Part shown: positions 47,901 to 60,400 of the stretch, one piece after another | How the letters are laid out: each line of letters opens with the position of its first letter | How positions within the stretch are numbered: position 1 is the stretch's first letter | Origin: Amphiscolops sp. MND2022 | Taxonomy: Eukaryota | Direction: 5' to 3' | Assembly: GCA_964187785.1 (NCBI GenBank) | Contig: OZ076411.1 | Location: 93,124,001 to 93,188,000 of the forward strand | DNA length: 64,000 bases | Notes under the pieces: generated by a model | The model's input: only the letters and a program-made list of their open reading frames with translations | The model's database searches: none | Told to the model about the DNA's origin: nothing | Program-made: the position numbers and the translations under genes

Positions 47901-50900
47901 CATTTGAAACAACTCTCTCTTAACACCTTAGTCATACATACTAACTTTAAACTAGTCAAATTCTCCAATAATCTTGAACCCTTCCGTCTCTACACATACA
48001 AAATTATTCAACATCTCTCCGATATCATGAATGAACTTATGGCTCAATATGGCTCTACTTTTCAAATTATGGGATTCATCTTTCGTCATACTATCCTAAA
48101 GAACATGTTGTGTTTCCATACCTCCGTCAATATCATTCTACTCCCTCATTTTCAAGAAGCCTGATACTGACTCCAGTAAGACAATATCTCTAATTCACCT
48201 CAAAATGAACCTGTCATCTTTTTCATATTTTTTGACCCACACACTTTTATTAAAACTATTGCACAACAGCTAACGAATTTACACTCCCTTTTATCTATCA
48301 AAATCTTCCTCCTTTCACTCCGCCCAACGACAATTTAGATCAACTTGAATTTTCGCTCCCACCTCATGAACCATTAACAATCCCTGCCCTTGAATCTCTT
48401 GACACCTTTTCTGAAAAACACACCATAAGTGAAGTTGACTCTATTGCAGTTTCTCTTATCTATCATCGTCTTCCTCCATCTAATTTGGCTTCTGAACATA
48501 CCACTTGCTCTTTAGATAATCTCTTAGAAACATCTTCAGAATCCTTTAATCGCAGGCATCTACGCCATAGATACAGTTTTCGATATAATCGTAACCCTAC
48601 ACCTTCTCTAGCGAGCACTAATTCTTCTTTAACAAGACACCACGCTCGTTCGGTTTCATCTGATTCTCTTTCGTTGCACAAAAAATTCCAAGCCTCCGAT
48701 GTTGACACTGCCTTTTCACAAAACTCCTCTTTTTCGTCTTTTCATCATACCGGACATCTTTTTTTCTCGACCCATCTCCCAAAATCCTAGTGTTCTTGTC
48801 ACTGATAGCCACCTCCTAAACCTTGACGTTGCCACTGATCAATATTCTACTCGACCTACATCTAATTGTGTTGATAATCCTGTATTTGTCAACAAAACTC
48901 TTGTTTCTAGTCCTCGTCAAGATCCCCGATTTTCAAAACTTGCTACTCATAACTTAAATTCTAGCACTCAAATTTCTGACGAACGTCTTCATAGTCTAAA
49001 GAATTTCATAGTCTAAAAACTTTAATCCTTGAAATTAAATTTGATATCACTTCTTATCCTTTCCCTTCTTCTCACACTTCTTATCCTTTCGCTCTAATGA
49101 TCCTCAAATTTCTGACATATTGGTTTCTCATTTGACTGCTCCAAACAACATATACGTCGTCATTTCAGTTTAACCCGAGTACAACCTTGTACTCAAGCCC
49201 TTTCCTTTTTAGAAAGCACTCGTGTTATTGCTAATGTTTTCGTTCGCGCTAAATGTAAACGCCTTGCCTCAAAGCATGGACCTGTGAAGCTTATGTCAAA
49301 CGTGTTTGTTCACAATCTGATTATAAATATCGTCGTCATTATCGTACTGATTATCATCAGAATACCATGGAAGGTCCTCGTACTTTATAAATATCACCCT
49401 CGTTCTCGAGAACGCTCCTCTAGGTATAATAAATCCTCTTCCAGACGATAAAAACCACCATATCATTCTCCCTCCAAACCAGGTACTGATCGTTATCCAA
49501 TCCAAGTCGATGACACTCCAATTCAAATGTTTACCCTAACTATTAGTACAAACCCACTGTTAACATCATTCAACAACACACATTGTAAATTCTTAATGCC
49601 CCTCAACAGACCCTAAGTCCGAATTTAATATGTACCAACCAAACATCTCTTTTTATTCACAAACCTCTATTCTTTCGAATAATCATGCTAACGCTATCAC
49701 AACTTCTACATGGTTTGTCAATCTATACATTTTCAAACCACTTGAAATCACCTCTTTACCGTCTAAACTTGAACTGTTTTCTGCTACACAGCGGTTCTTC
49801 CATTTGTTTAAAATCTACCCAGTGACACCAAATTAGCCGATCACTTTCCTAAATGTTCAAAATCTACTCCCGCAAAAAATGGTTTCGTATACATTTAACT
49901 ATTTAACAGTTGCCAATAAAGCTGAAGGTCCATATTATTTGATGATATTCTCATATTGCATACCTCTACTCACGAACGTATTCGCACTCTTGTAATTCCA
50001 TTTGCGATAGCAAAGATTGATTATATTATCCTTGGAATTCCTTTCTTGAAAAATATGTAAAAACCTCTCAATATTGAACACATTTATTTCATAATACGAA
50101 TCTCACGTCAATACTCTTCCTTTTACCACAAACAAAGAAAAAGACTACCCACATTTATTTTACATTTACACAATTAAAGGTATAAACAAAATATATTTTG
50201 AACCCAACGCTTCCCAAGTTATCCACACTAAAATTCGACCCACCTTTCCTTTAACTTTCAAAACCTCTGAAATTGAAATCATTCTTCCTTCAACTCCACA
50301 TCCATATTTCAATACTTGCTTCAACTCAACTATTACTTTTCTCCAATTTCCCCAAATTTTTAAACTAAACACAACAGTTTCTTCGTTTTAAATCAAAATA
50401 TTAACCATCACTCAGTCATCCTCTCACAAGGATGCATTGCCAAATATTGAGATTCGTGCAACTAATATTAAACCACCACACTATAAAGATATTGCTGTTA
50501 ATTCTCTCATTCACACTATAATCCATTCAAAAAACCCAGATTTAACAGATCAAAAACCTCCTGTTCGTCGTTCCTATTCCGGAAAACTAATTTTGAAATT
50601 GATAATTTACAACTTTCTCGATATTTGAACCGCCCTCTTCCTTCATTACCATTTTGCCCAGATATCCAGCATTTCCTGAAAAATGAATTTCAAAACTTGG
50701 ATGTCACTGATGACGAAAATATAAAACTTTGCTCCATTCTGGTTAAACATCAACATTGCTATGCTATTCATCATGTCACTAATATTAAACCACCACACTA
50801 TAGAATTATTGCTGTTAATTCTCTCATTCACAATATAATTTTTTCATACAACCAGGATCTATCAGAACAAAAACCTCCTGTTCGTCGTTCCTAATCCGGA

Positions 50901-53900
50901 AAACTAATTTTGAAATCGATAATTTACAACTTTCTCAATATTTAAACCGCCCTCTTTCTTCATTACCATATTTCCCAGATATCCAGCATTTCCTCAAAAA
51001 GTTTAATTTTTAAAACTTGGATGTCACTGATGACGAAAATATAAAACTTTGCTCCATTCTGGTTAAACATCAACATTGCTATGCTATTCATCGTAACGAT
51101 GTTGACAAAATAGTCACCCGTTTAGAAATCGCCTCAAACCAAATGCTAAACTCCAAGCTCAAAGAGCCACGAAAGTACTCATTTACTAGAGAGACAACTT
51201 TAAAAAGCTATTCCATGAATATTAAAAACACAATATCTTCAGACAAAACGGGTCTGCACCCTGCGATAAATCCATCTATGGCACAACGTTTTTAAATCCA
51301 CTCATTATTATCCCTGAAGGAGATACAATCAAAAGCGTCCTAGACTTTCAAACTCTAACACTGATCAATCGTTTGAATCTTCTCCTTTTGAACCTTTAAC
51401 TCCTCAATTTACACGCACTAACAAAAGTATCAAATCTGCAATTGACTTTATGTACTCCTAATCATCACTCTCAGCAGTTTCTCATCTGGAAATCAACGTT
51501 ACGCTTTCATTCGAGGTTTTTACAATCCTAAAGGACTGTCAAAGTTTTTCATCAAACAAATGTGTTCATTTTACCAAAAACTCCTTGACCAAGGTTTTGT
51601 ACTTGTTTATTTTGACGATATCCTCCTTCTTGCGCATTCCGAAACTCATATGTTAGATTAAATTGAACAGTTACACCAAATGTGTAGCTCCAACAATCTT
51701 AAAATTGCTCCTGAAAAATCACTTTTATTCCACTCATTGTCAAATTTCTTGAACATGAAATTAACAGTAACACTATGAAACCCATCTCCTCTCAAATTGA
51801 CAGCATACACAAATTGAAAACTCTAAATTCTTCTAAAATGTAAAATTTGTTCAATAAACGTCTACTCCAAACTAATAAACAAACTCCACGTTTCACTCAA
51901 CCTTTTTTATACTCTTCTACTTGATATTATTTCAGTTAAATGGACTCTTGAATTAGATAAACCCTTAAATGTATCAAAACCTCTCTCTCAAAAGATGCTG
52001 ACCTCGCAATTTCTAACACCACTCATCCTTTCTATATTACTGATGACGCCTCTCCTATTGGTCTAGGTGCAAGATTATTTCAACCGGACACCGATTACAA
52101 AATGCAAGTTATATCTTATAACTCTCGTGTTTTAACAACTCAAGAACAAATCCTTCCTACCTATGATCGAGAACTGTGTGCTCTATCGTTCGCTCTTTCG
52201 CAATAAGAATTTATTATTATTATGGCTCCAAATTCCCAATAACTGTTTTTACAGATCACAATCCTATCCTTTTTGTCTTTACCGGCAAAGCAAACCTCAC
52301 ACCAAGACAATGAACAGCTCAAATGTTATCAACAAAATTCTCAAACCTTCAAATTATTCACAGGGCTGGTACTAATCCAACTGTTGCGGATATGCTCTGT
52401 CGAGATTTTTCCTTCAAATATTCAAACAAATTGTGTCAACCACAACACAAAACACTACCTATCACGCATTGAATGTATTCAACTCAAACCTAATAACTCT
52501 TTTAAACAAATCCACTATTTTGTTGACATTGAAGATGTGTTGCACACACAAAAAACGATTGAAACGAGTTTTTAGTTGCTTACGCTGATGGTGAATTCAC
52601 ACTTCGTATCCAAGATAAAAGTAAGACACTCCTCGTGATTCATTTGTTTTTCAACCCGTACTTTTTTGAAACAAACATAAAAAGCCTGTAAAGAATAAAG
52701 GTAAACCATTGCTTCAACACAACCCTGTTTAAAATGAAACTAATTTGTAAGAAGACGATGATCTGTTACTAAGCGGATTCTTCAGTAACACTCACATCTC
52801 TCTCAACCGTCTCATACTATTCATACTCACCTCCCTGAAATCCAATACCAGTATAATAAGGACTCTCATCTTTCTCAAGATATCTTAACCAATATGACAA
52901 ACTCTTGAACTCTAGTTTCTGATGAGTCTCCTCGAACTAACGCCATAACACAGTTTCTTTTTAAACCTACCTCTAATCAGTCATTGTCATTTTGAATCCA
53001 GCCTTTTTTGCTCCTTGTAAAGCTTTCAAAAACTTTTTCCTTCATCCAATACATTTTAACGATACCCATTCTTTTAAAAAATGATCCTGTTCTCTCCACT
53101 GGTTATACATGGTTAAAACAAAAATGAAGACCTTACACTTTAACTCCAATTATTAACTCCTATATACAAACCGAACTACAAACATTCCAACTTTTATATA
53201 TTCACCCAAACTTACATCTTATCCAATATTATACACCCAAATCCAGAATCTCCGAAGAAGGTTTTATGAACGCTCAACACTTTATTAATCAAACCCGCAT
53301 TTGTTAGCCATTTGAACGTTTATGCTGCTTTCAATAAAACCCGTTCACCTTGTCGTTCCGGTGAAAATTCTCTATTAATTTTTTAAATCAATTTTATTAT
53401 CATCCTCATTTACCTTCAAGGTTTTCTTGTTTCATTCATGATTGTATTGAATGCCAACCAAACAAACATTTTCCTATCAATTCTTATATTTTTTCTCCTC
53501 CTTTACCATTTTATGAAAACGCAACTCATTTTAATAAAAGGGGTTCCATGACACTAAAGGACCTATATCTCATTCCTCGTAAAGAAACTCCTATATTTTT
53601 CTAACCTTTGATGCTTTTAGCCACTTTGTTGTATCTACTCCTGCTACTTATATATCCTCTAAATATGCTATTCAAACACTCCTCCATCATTGGATCATTA
53701 AATTTGGCCCACCTCAATATCTAGTAACTGATCGGGGTACTGAATGTATTAATCAAGATAGGGTCCATCTTTGCTCTCTCTTTAAGACTAATCACTCTCC
53801 ACGTACTCCATATTCTTCTTGGACAAATGGTTTAGTCGTAGTGCAAAAGCGTAATCCTGGAACTCACCATTGGTTATTTTTACAAAATTCTCCCACCAAG

Positions 53901-55724
53901 TGGTCATTTGAAACTCAAGTGTATGCTTATGCTTATAACACTACTCCTTTTTCTTATTTTATATCTTCTCCGTATCAAATTATTTTCCATACTCACCCTC
54001 GTAATCCATCAACCATTTCTGTCAATCTAATACGTGATTCTTCTAAATCACAGAATTGCAACATACTGTACCTCACTTCCACCTTATTTACATTAGAGTG
54101 ACCAAGATCTCAATCCCTTTTCCACTCACTCCTCAAAATCTCTTTATGGTTTTTATCAGCTAAACATGCAATGTTAGAAATATACTTTACTGTTCAAGGT
54201 CACATAACCAATTAACTAAACTCACAAAACTCGTTCTTTGAAACCAATCATTTGAAACAACTCTCTCTTAACACCTTAGTCATACATACTAACTTTAAAC
54301 TAGTCAAATTCTCCAATAAGCTTGAACCCTTCCGTCTCTACACATACAAAATTATTCAACATCTCTCCGATATCATGAATGAACTTATGGCTCAATATGG
54401 CTCTACTTTTCACATTATGGGATTCATCGTTCGTCATACTATCCTAAAGAACATGTTGTGTTTCCATACCTCCGTCAATATCATTCTACTCCCTCATTTC
54501 CAAGAAGCCTGATACTGACTCCAGTAAGACAATATCTCTAATTCACCTCAAAATGAACCTGTCATCTTTTTCATATTTTTTGACCCACACACTTTTATTA
54601 AAACTATTGCACAACAGCTAACGAATTCACACTCCCTTTTATTTATCAAAACCTTCCTCCTTTCACTCCGCCCAACGACAATTTAGATCAACTTGAATTT
54701 TCGCTCCCACCTCATGAACCATTAACAATCCCTGCCCTTGAATCTCTTGACACCCTTTCTGAAAAACACACCATAAGTGAAGTTGACTCTATTGCAGTTT
54801 CTCTTATCTATCATCGTCTTCCTCCATCTAATTTGGCTTCTGAACATACCACTTGCTCTTTAGATAATCTCTTAGAAACATCTTCAGAATCCTTTAGTCG
54901 CAGGCATCTACGCCATAGATACAGTTTTCGATATAATCGTAACCCTACACCTTCTCTAGCGAGCACTAATTCTTCTTTAAAAAGACACCACGCTCGTTCG
55001 GTTTCATCTGATTCTCTTTCGTCGCACAAAAAATTCTAAACCTCCGATGTTGACACTGCCTTTTCACAAAACTCCTCTTTTTCGTCTTTTCATCATACCG
55101 GACATCTTTTTTTCTCGACCCACCTCCCAAAATGTAAGTGTTCTTGTCACTGATAGCCACCTCCTAAACCTTGACGTTGCCACTGATCAATATTCTACTC
55201 GACCTACATCTAATTGTGTTGATAATCCTGTATTTGTCAACAAAACTCTTGTTTCTAGTCCTCGTCAAGATCCCCGATTTTCAAATCTTGCTACTCATAA
55301 CTTAAATTCTGGCACTCAAACTTCTGACGACCGTCTTTGTAAAGAATTTCATAGTCTAAAAACTTTAATCCTTGAAATTAAATTTGATATCACTTCTTAT
55401 CATTTCCCTTCTTCTCACACTTCTTATCCTTTCGCTCTAATGATCCTCAAATTTCTGACATATTGGTTTCTCATTTGACTGCTCCAAACAACACATACTT
55501 CGTCATTTCAGTTTAACCCGAGTACAACATTGTACTCAAGCCCTTTCCTTTTTAGAAAGACTCGTGTTATTGCTATTGTTTTCGTTCGCGCTAAATGTAA
55601 ACGCCTTGCCTCAAAGCATGGACCTGTGAAGCTTATGTCAAACGTGTTTGTTCACAATCTGATTATAAATATCGTCGTCATTATCGTACTGATTATCATC
55701 AGAACACCATGGAAGGTCCTCGTA
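41924..55724 (+). repeat. Tandem duplication of the gag-end to env-start segment (41924-49382 and 49383-55724)
   Basis: Near-identical copies. The junction joins env-start to gag-end through the CTTTA microhomology. The length difference (7459 versus 6342) equals a 1117-bp internal duplication present only in copy 1. Confidence 0.9.
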
Positions 55725-57480
55725 CTTTAGACTCTACGGAAAGCAAATCGGCTATTCGTCACCTAAATGGAACTGACAAAAATCAACTTAATTCTTTTGA
55801 ATAATGGAAGTATACTTTGATTATATTCAAAAACAACGCCTTCTTGAAACTAAACAACCTCCTTTCCGTATAACTAAATTCTAACGCTTTTCAATATGGT
55901 GCTTTTGCATGGATAGCAAACTCTCCAATTGTTTGAAACGCAACTGGTAAAGAAAAGCTGTTTGTTGGGACAGCTTTGTATAAATAATTGAAAGAGATCG
56001 TTGGTCTCTAACTGCTCCAGAAATTTGAATAATTAAATGATGGTGAAGATAATAACTTATTCTACCTTGCCTCCACGACGATGGTTTTTGCAAACCTACT
56101 CTTTTATTTATTCACCATTGCTTGGTTCCCTGAAGAACTTGTGTAATTTTTTCAATTCACTCCTTTATTGGACGTATGTCCTAACTTAATAACGGTAATT
56201 GGCTTGAAACTGAACACTCCTTTAGTAACAATAATTCTAATCATCCTCATGAAACTCCCTACCTTGCTTCCAAATCTCAAACCTGCCTCTCTCATTTTGA
56301 AATCGTCCGCGAGGAGTAAAAAGTTTTGCATCTTTATGTATAACTCAAAACCCTAATCTCTTCATGACATATAAAGAAGGTTTTAGCATGCACACTGGTA
56401 AACGTAACACTCGTAAACTACCTGAAGATGAACAATATGATAGACTCTCCTCACAACATATTTCTAGTAAATAAATCCACACTCAGAATAAACGTCGTTT
56501 CCTGCATTAAACTCCTCAAACACTTTTTCCATTATTGACTTTGAAGCACATATTAATACTAAAATAGATTACATTAGTAATCATGTTTTCGAAACGACGT
56601 CAGTTGCTGAAATTAGCACTCTCCATACTATTTGTTAGGTTAAAAGGACCCAAGTTTCAACTATTCTCGCAAAGTCTGTTGAAAATCCACAACTTGCTGG
56701 TTTTCTCCTATTTCAAAATTGTAGTATTTTTTGAAAAAACGAAGGCTCAACTGACTTGTTTCATGATTATTCTCATCAACTCTCTCCTCTATATATAGCT
56801 GAGCAACGATACGATAAAAATAATGTAAGGTATACTGACACTGTTAAGTATGTTGATCCTATCACGCGCCAAACCTTTGAAGATGCTAATCAAACCCCTT
56901 TCGAAAACAACCCACAAATTAGTAATGCTTTTGACCCTGACACCTTTTAATGATATTTCCTAACCCCACAACCTAACAAAAAGACCCTCCTGTACTTTTT
57001 GAACCTACTCAAGTGCAAACTGTTATTAGCCCAAATACATTTTATGCCCAAGATGCAGGTATTAATTCTCAAAAAAACTCAAACAATTTTGGAATCGTGT
57101 TATGTTTACCAAACATTCGGATAACACATTACAACTCCTTGACAAAACTATTAGTTATGAATTTATGGGTTAACAATCTTCTGAACTCCTCTGAAAGAAT
57201 CCATACAAATCTCGTAGAACAGATCTCCGTGACTACATGTTAAACTTAACTCCTTTTTGTACACCAGAATGGTTCACCAATGCTTACAATAAACACTTTG
57301 GTTATCCATGTTTTTTAAAATCCATTTTGAATTTGTTTCTCCACTGCTCTTTTTCTTCAATTTGCTTTCAAAACACTCCTCAGTTTTTACGGCTCTTTCA
57401 CGGTTTCCTAAAAAGCAGTTCTCCGTCGTTTCTGCTTTTGGCTAGGGGTTTTTTGAACCACATCTGAAACAATGATGACC
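55440..57480 (+). pseudogene. env-like glycoprotein (chuvirus-G/gB-like, class III fusion type), decayed
   Basis: Reconstructed across frameshifts: FDCSKQHILRHFSLTRVQHC...AWTCEAYVKRVCSQS...TMEGPRTLDSTE...IRHLNGTD; later YDK...YTDTVKYVDPITRQTF; hydrophobic segment near 57300-57450. Located after integrase. Confidence 0.6.
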
Positions 57481-60400
57481 GATATAATCAAGTCTCCCGA
57501 TCCTGAAGCTAATCGTGATGACTCTGATACACCTTCACCTCCTAATTCTAAATCTACTATTAACACATGTTTAAAACGCTCTAAATGCATGCAAAAAATA
57601 TAATCTAATTATAAAATGTAAATTATTTATTCTCAAAAGTAAAAATGCCATGCAAACGTCTCCTTCTATTACTAACTTTTCCCCCTTTTACCCTCTTATT
57701 AGCACTTCTCAATTAACTAGAATTACTTCACCCCTCTTCCAAAGTACAGTTTACATAACAATCCTCTTACTAATCTTTCTCCTCGTCACTCCCAATTACA
57801 TCCATTGTCTTCTCCTCCATATTTACATAATTCTACTTCACTGAAGATATCATGTTCGACTACTCGTCCAATACTTTTCCCATACACAATGTATGGCAAT
57901 CAACTAAAATTTATCCCCCATTTCCACCATCTGTAAAATTTGATGACATCCCCTTAACGTCTGTCAATAGTATTTCAATCAACCCGAAGACACAGCTAAA
58001 TTGTACCCGTCTTGTCGCTTCCCACCTGAATAAAACTATTCCCTCTTTTTTTGAGTTTCATCATTTCTCTTTCTCTTTGCTCAACGTTCAGTTGCTGTTT
58101 TATAACCACTAAATCCACTTTCAACTTCGAAAATATTTCGCTAAAAAATCAATCATCTTTCTACTATTTCTCATTTTCCAATTGTCTTGTTATCAACCGT
58201 ATATTATCTTTTGTTCAACTATAATCTTCATCACTATAATCCTATTTACTCACCATACCATATAATTTCACCTACTAAAGTGTCACGTCATCATAAAAAC
58301 TCTATAGAATCTATAGAAAATTTGTTTAAACTATAATTTCTTTGTCTCTCTTCTATTAAAACACCATCTGGCTTACAATCAAAATGACTTCATCTCATTG
58401 CGACGAAGAACTTCTCTTTAGTATCGCATCTTTGTGACCACCTCTTTCCCGCAAATTGTGTAACACCGAACTGCCCAATGCTTCTGATTGGAATAGTCTT
58501 GAGATAGTTCCTACTCCTGAACCTATTTCAGTTGAAATTCAATCTTCCTCTTCAAATCAAACCTCCACTGTATAAACTTAACCTGACTCCTCGATTATTA
58601 TAATTCACTATTTGCCCACTCCTCCACCTACTGGTCTCCAAGTTAATTGTTAATTTTGATAATCTTACCTATACCGATCCTTCTATGAAAAAACGTAATC
58701 TCCACGAAGATTCCGTTTTCATTGACTCTGGTAATCTGCCTCCTACATTGCACCCTGTAACAATCCTTCTCAAACCAATACTATGAAAGAAGAATTTCTT
58801 GGCACCCATCCAAATTTCGAAGCTAATCTCTCTTTTTTAAATATGATTCCTATCACATATAAATTTCGTTTTCTACGAGATTGTAACTTTGATCATCATG
58901 TTGTCTACGCATCCAAAAACTTCGAACAAATCTCCTTTTGAAAACTAAACTTCTTCCAATCAATTTCAATTCCACTTTTTAAAACCAACTCAACATGATC
59001 TTAGTACTTACCCCAATGATATTACTACTGCTCCTTCTGTTAAAACACTTCATCATCAAATATATCAACTCCGTCTAGAACAACGACATCCAAAAAACTT
59101 TAATTTATTAAAATCACAAATTCATTTTACTTTTCTTCTATCACTCTCACTCCTTAAATCAATTATATGCCTTTGACCTACTTCATAGTTATGACCCGGT
59201 TGAACAGTATTCCAACCTCGCTCCATACTATGATCCTACGCGTCCTCGTTTTGTTCCTCAAGGAGCCCTCTTGAATTCTTTTCTTCTACACACACTTGTC
59301 CCTATTAGCGTTGTTAATTTGTTCTCAAAATGAAAAAAATCGTCGAAACTCAACTTGCTGACCACTCTCGCTCTCTTCATACCCCACTTGTACATAAACA
59401 TTATTCCATCGCACATTTAAATTTCATAATCCAAATGTACTTCTTTCATTTTGTAAAAACAAAACAAATATTTTGAAATAAATAAAACTGCTTCTTTTGC
59501 CCAACTGCCAATACTGTTACTGAAATTTTAAATGACCTCCGCCCACATGTTGAACACATGCTAAACGTGCTCCTACTACTGATCTTTTTGTCATTTTAGA
59601 TAACATTTTCGACACCTACAGTAGTCTTCAAAATCATTTCCAACTCAATAACAATGCTACTCAAGCTCTCATTTCATCTACAATACACGTTAACCCTCAG
59701 TCCTCTTTAACTTTCATTCAAAAAGTTCCAATCTTGTTTCCAAATTTCTTTTTTCAAAACACTGCAAAAATTTCTTTTCAAAGGAAAACTCTTCAAAGTT
59801 TCCTCTCTCTTCGACCGCTTCTATGTTATCGTTCAGTACGCTTTCATCCACCTCGTCATATCTGAAAAAGCAAACTTTCTCACCTCTCCTTTTGTCTGAA
59901 TGACAAGTTTTAACTGAATTGACTCTCAAAATTACTACGCTCACTTTCACATTTTGACACATTTGATCTAAAGTATTTTGTCCAACCACTCCACATTTTA
60001 ATTGTATCGCTTTTTTACCAACAGATTCCGATTGTTACCTTTACAAAGTTTGACAAAATCTTATTAAATTAATGTTTTCCTGTCAAACAAAACTTTTCTC
60101 TTTTCATCAAAAAAGCTAATTTCCATTTGTTTCCCAAACTTGTTTCATTTTCATGCGCAACTTCCTCTAGTTCAGTCGCTAAGGACATCACAGAATTTAT
60201 TTTTGATCAATCGGGTTGTTTGGAAACGGTAGAATCTTCCTTAGAGAACTACAATGTAAAAATCTTCGAAGCTTCACAAGAAACTCAATTTGAAAAATTC
60301 GCAGAAGTTTTTCAACGTCTCTTGTGACTCAAAATCTCGGAGCCACTTAACTAAAACATCTTTTTACAACCTTCACTTCTCCACCTCCTTTTATCAATAA

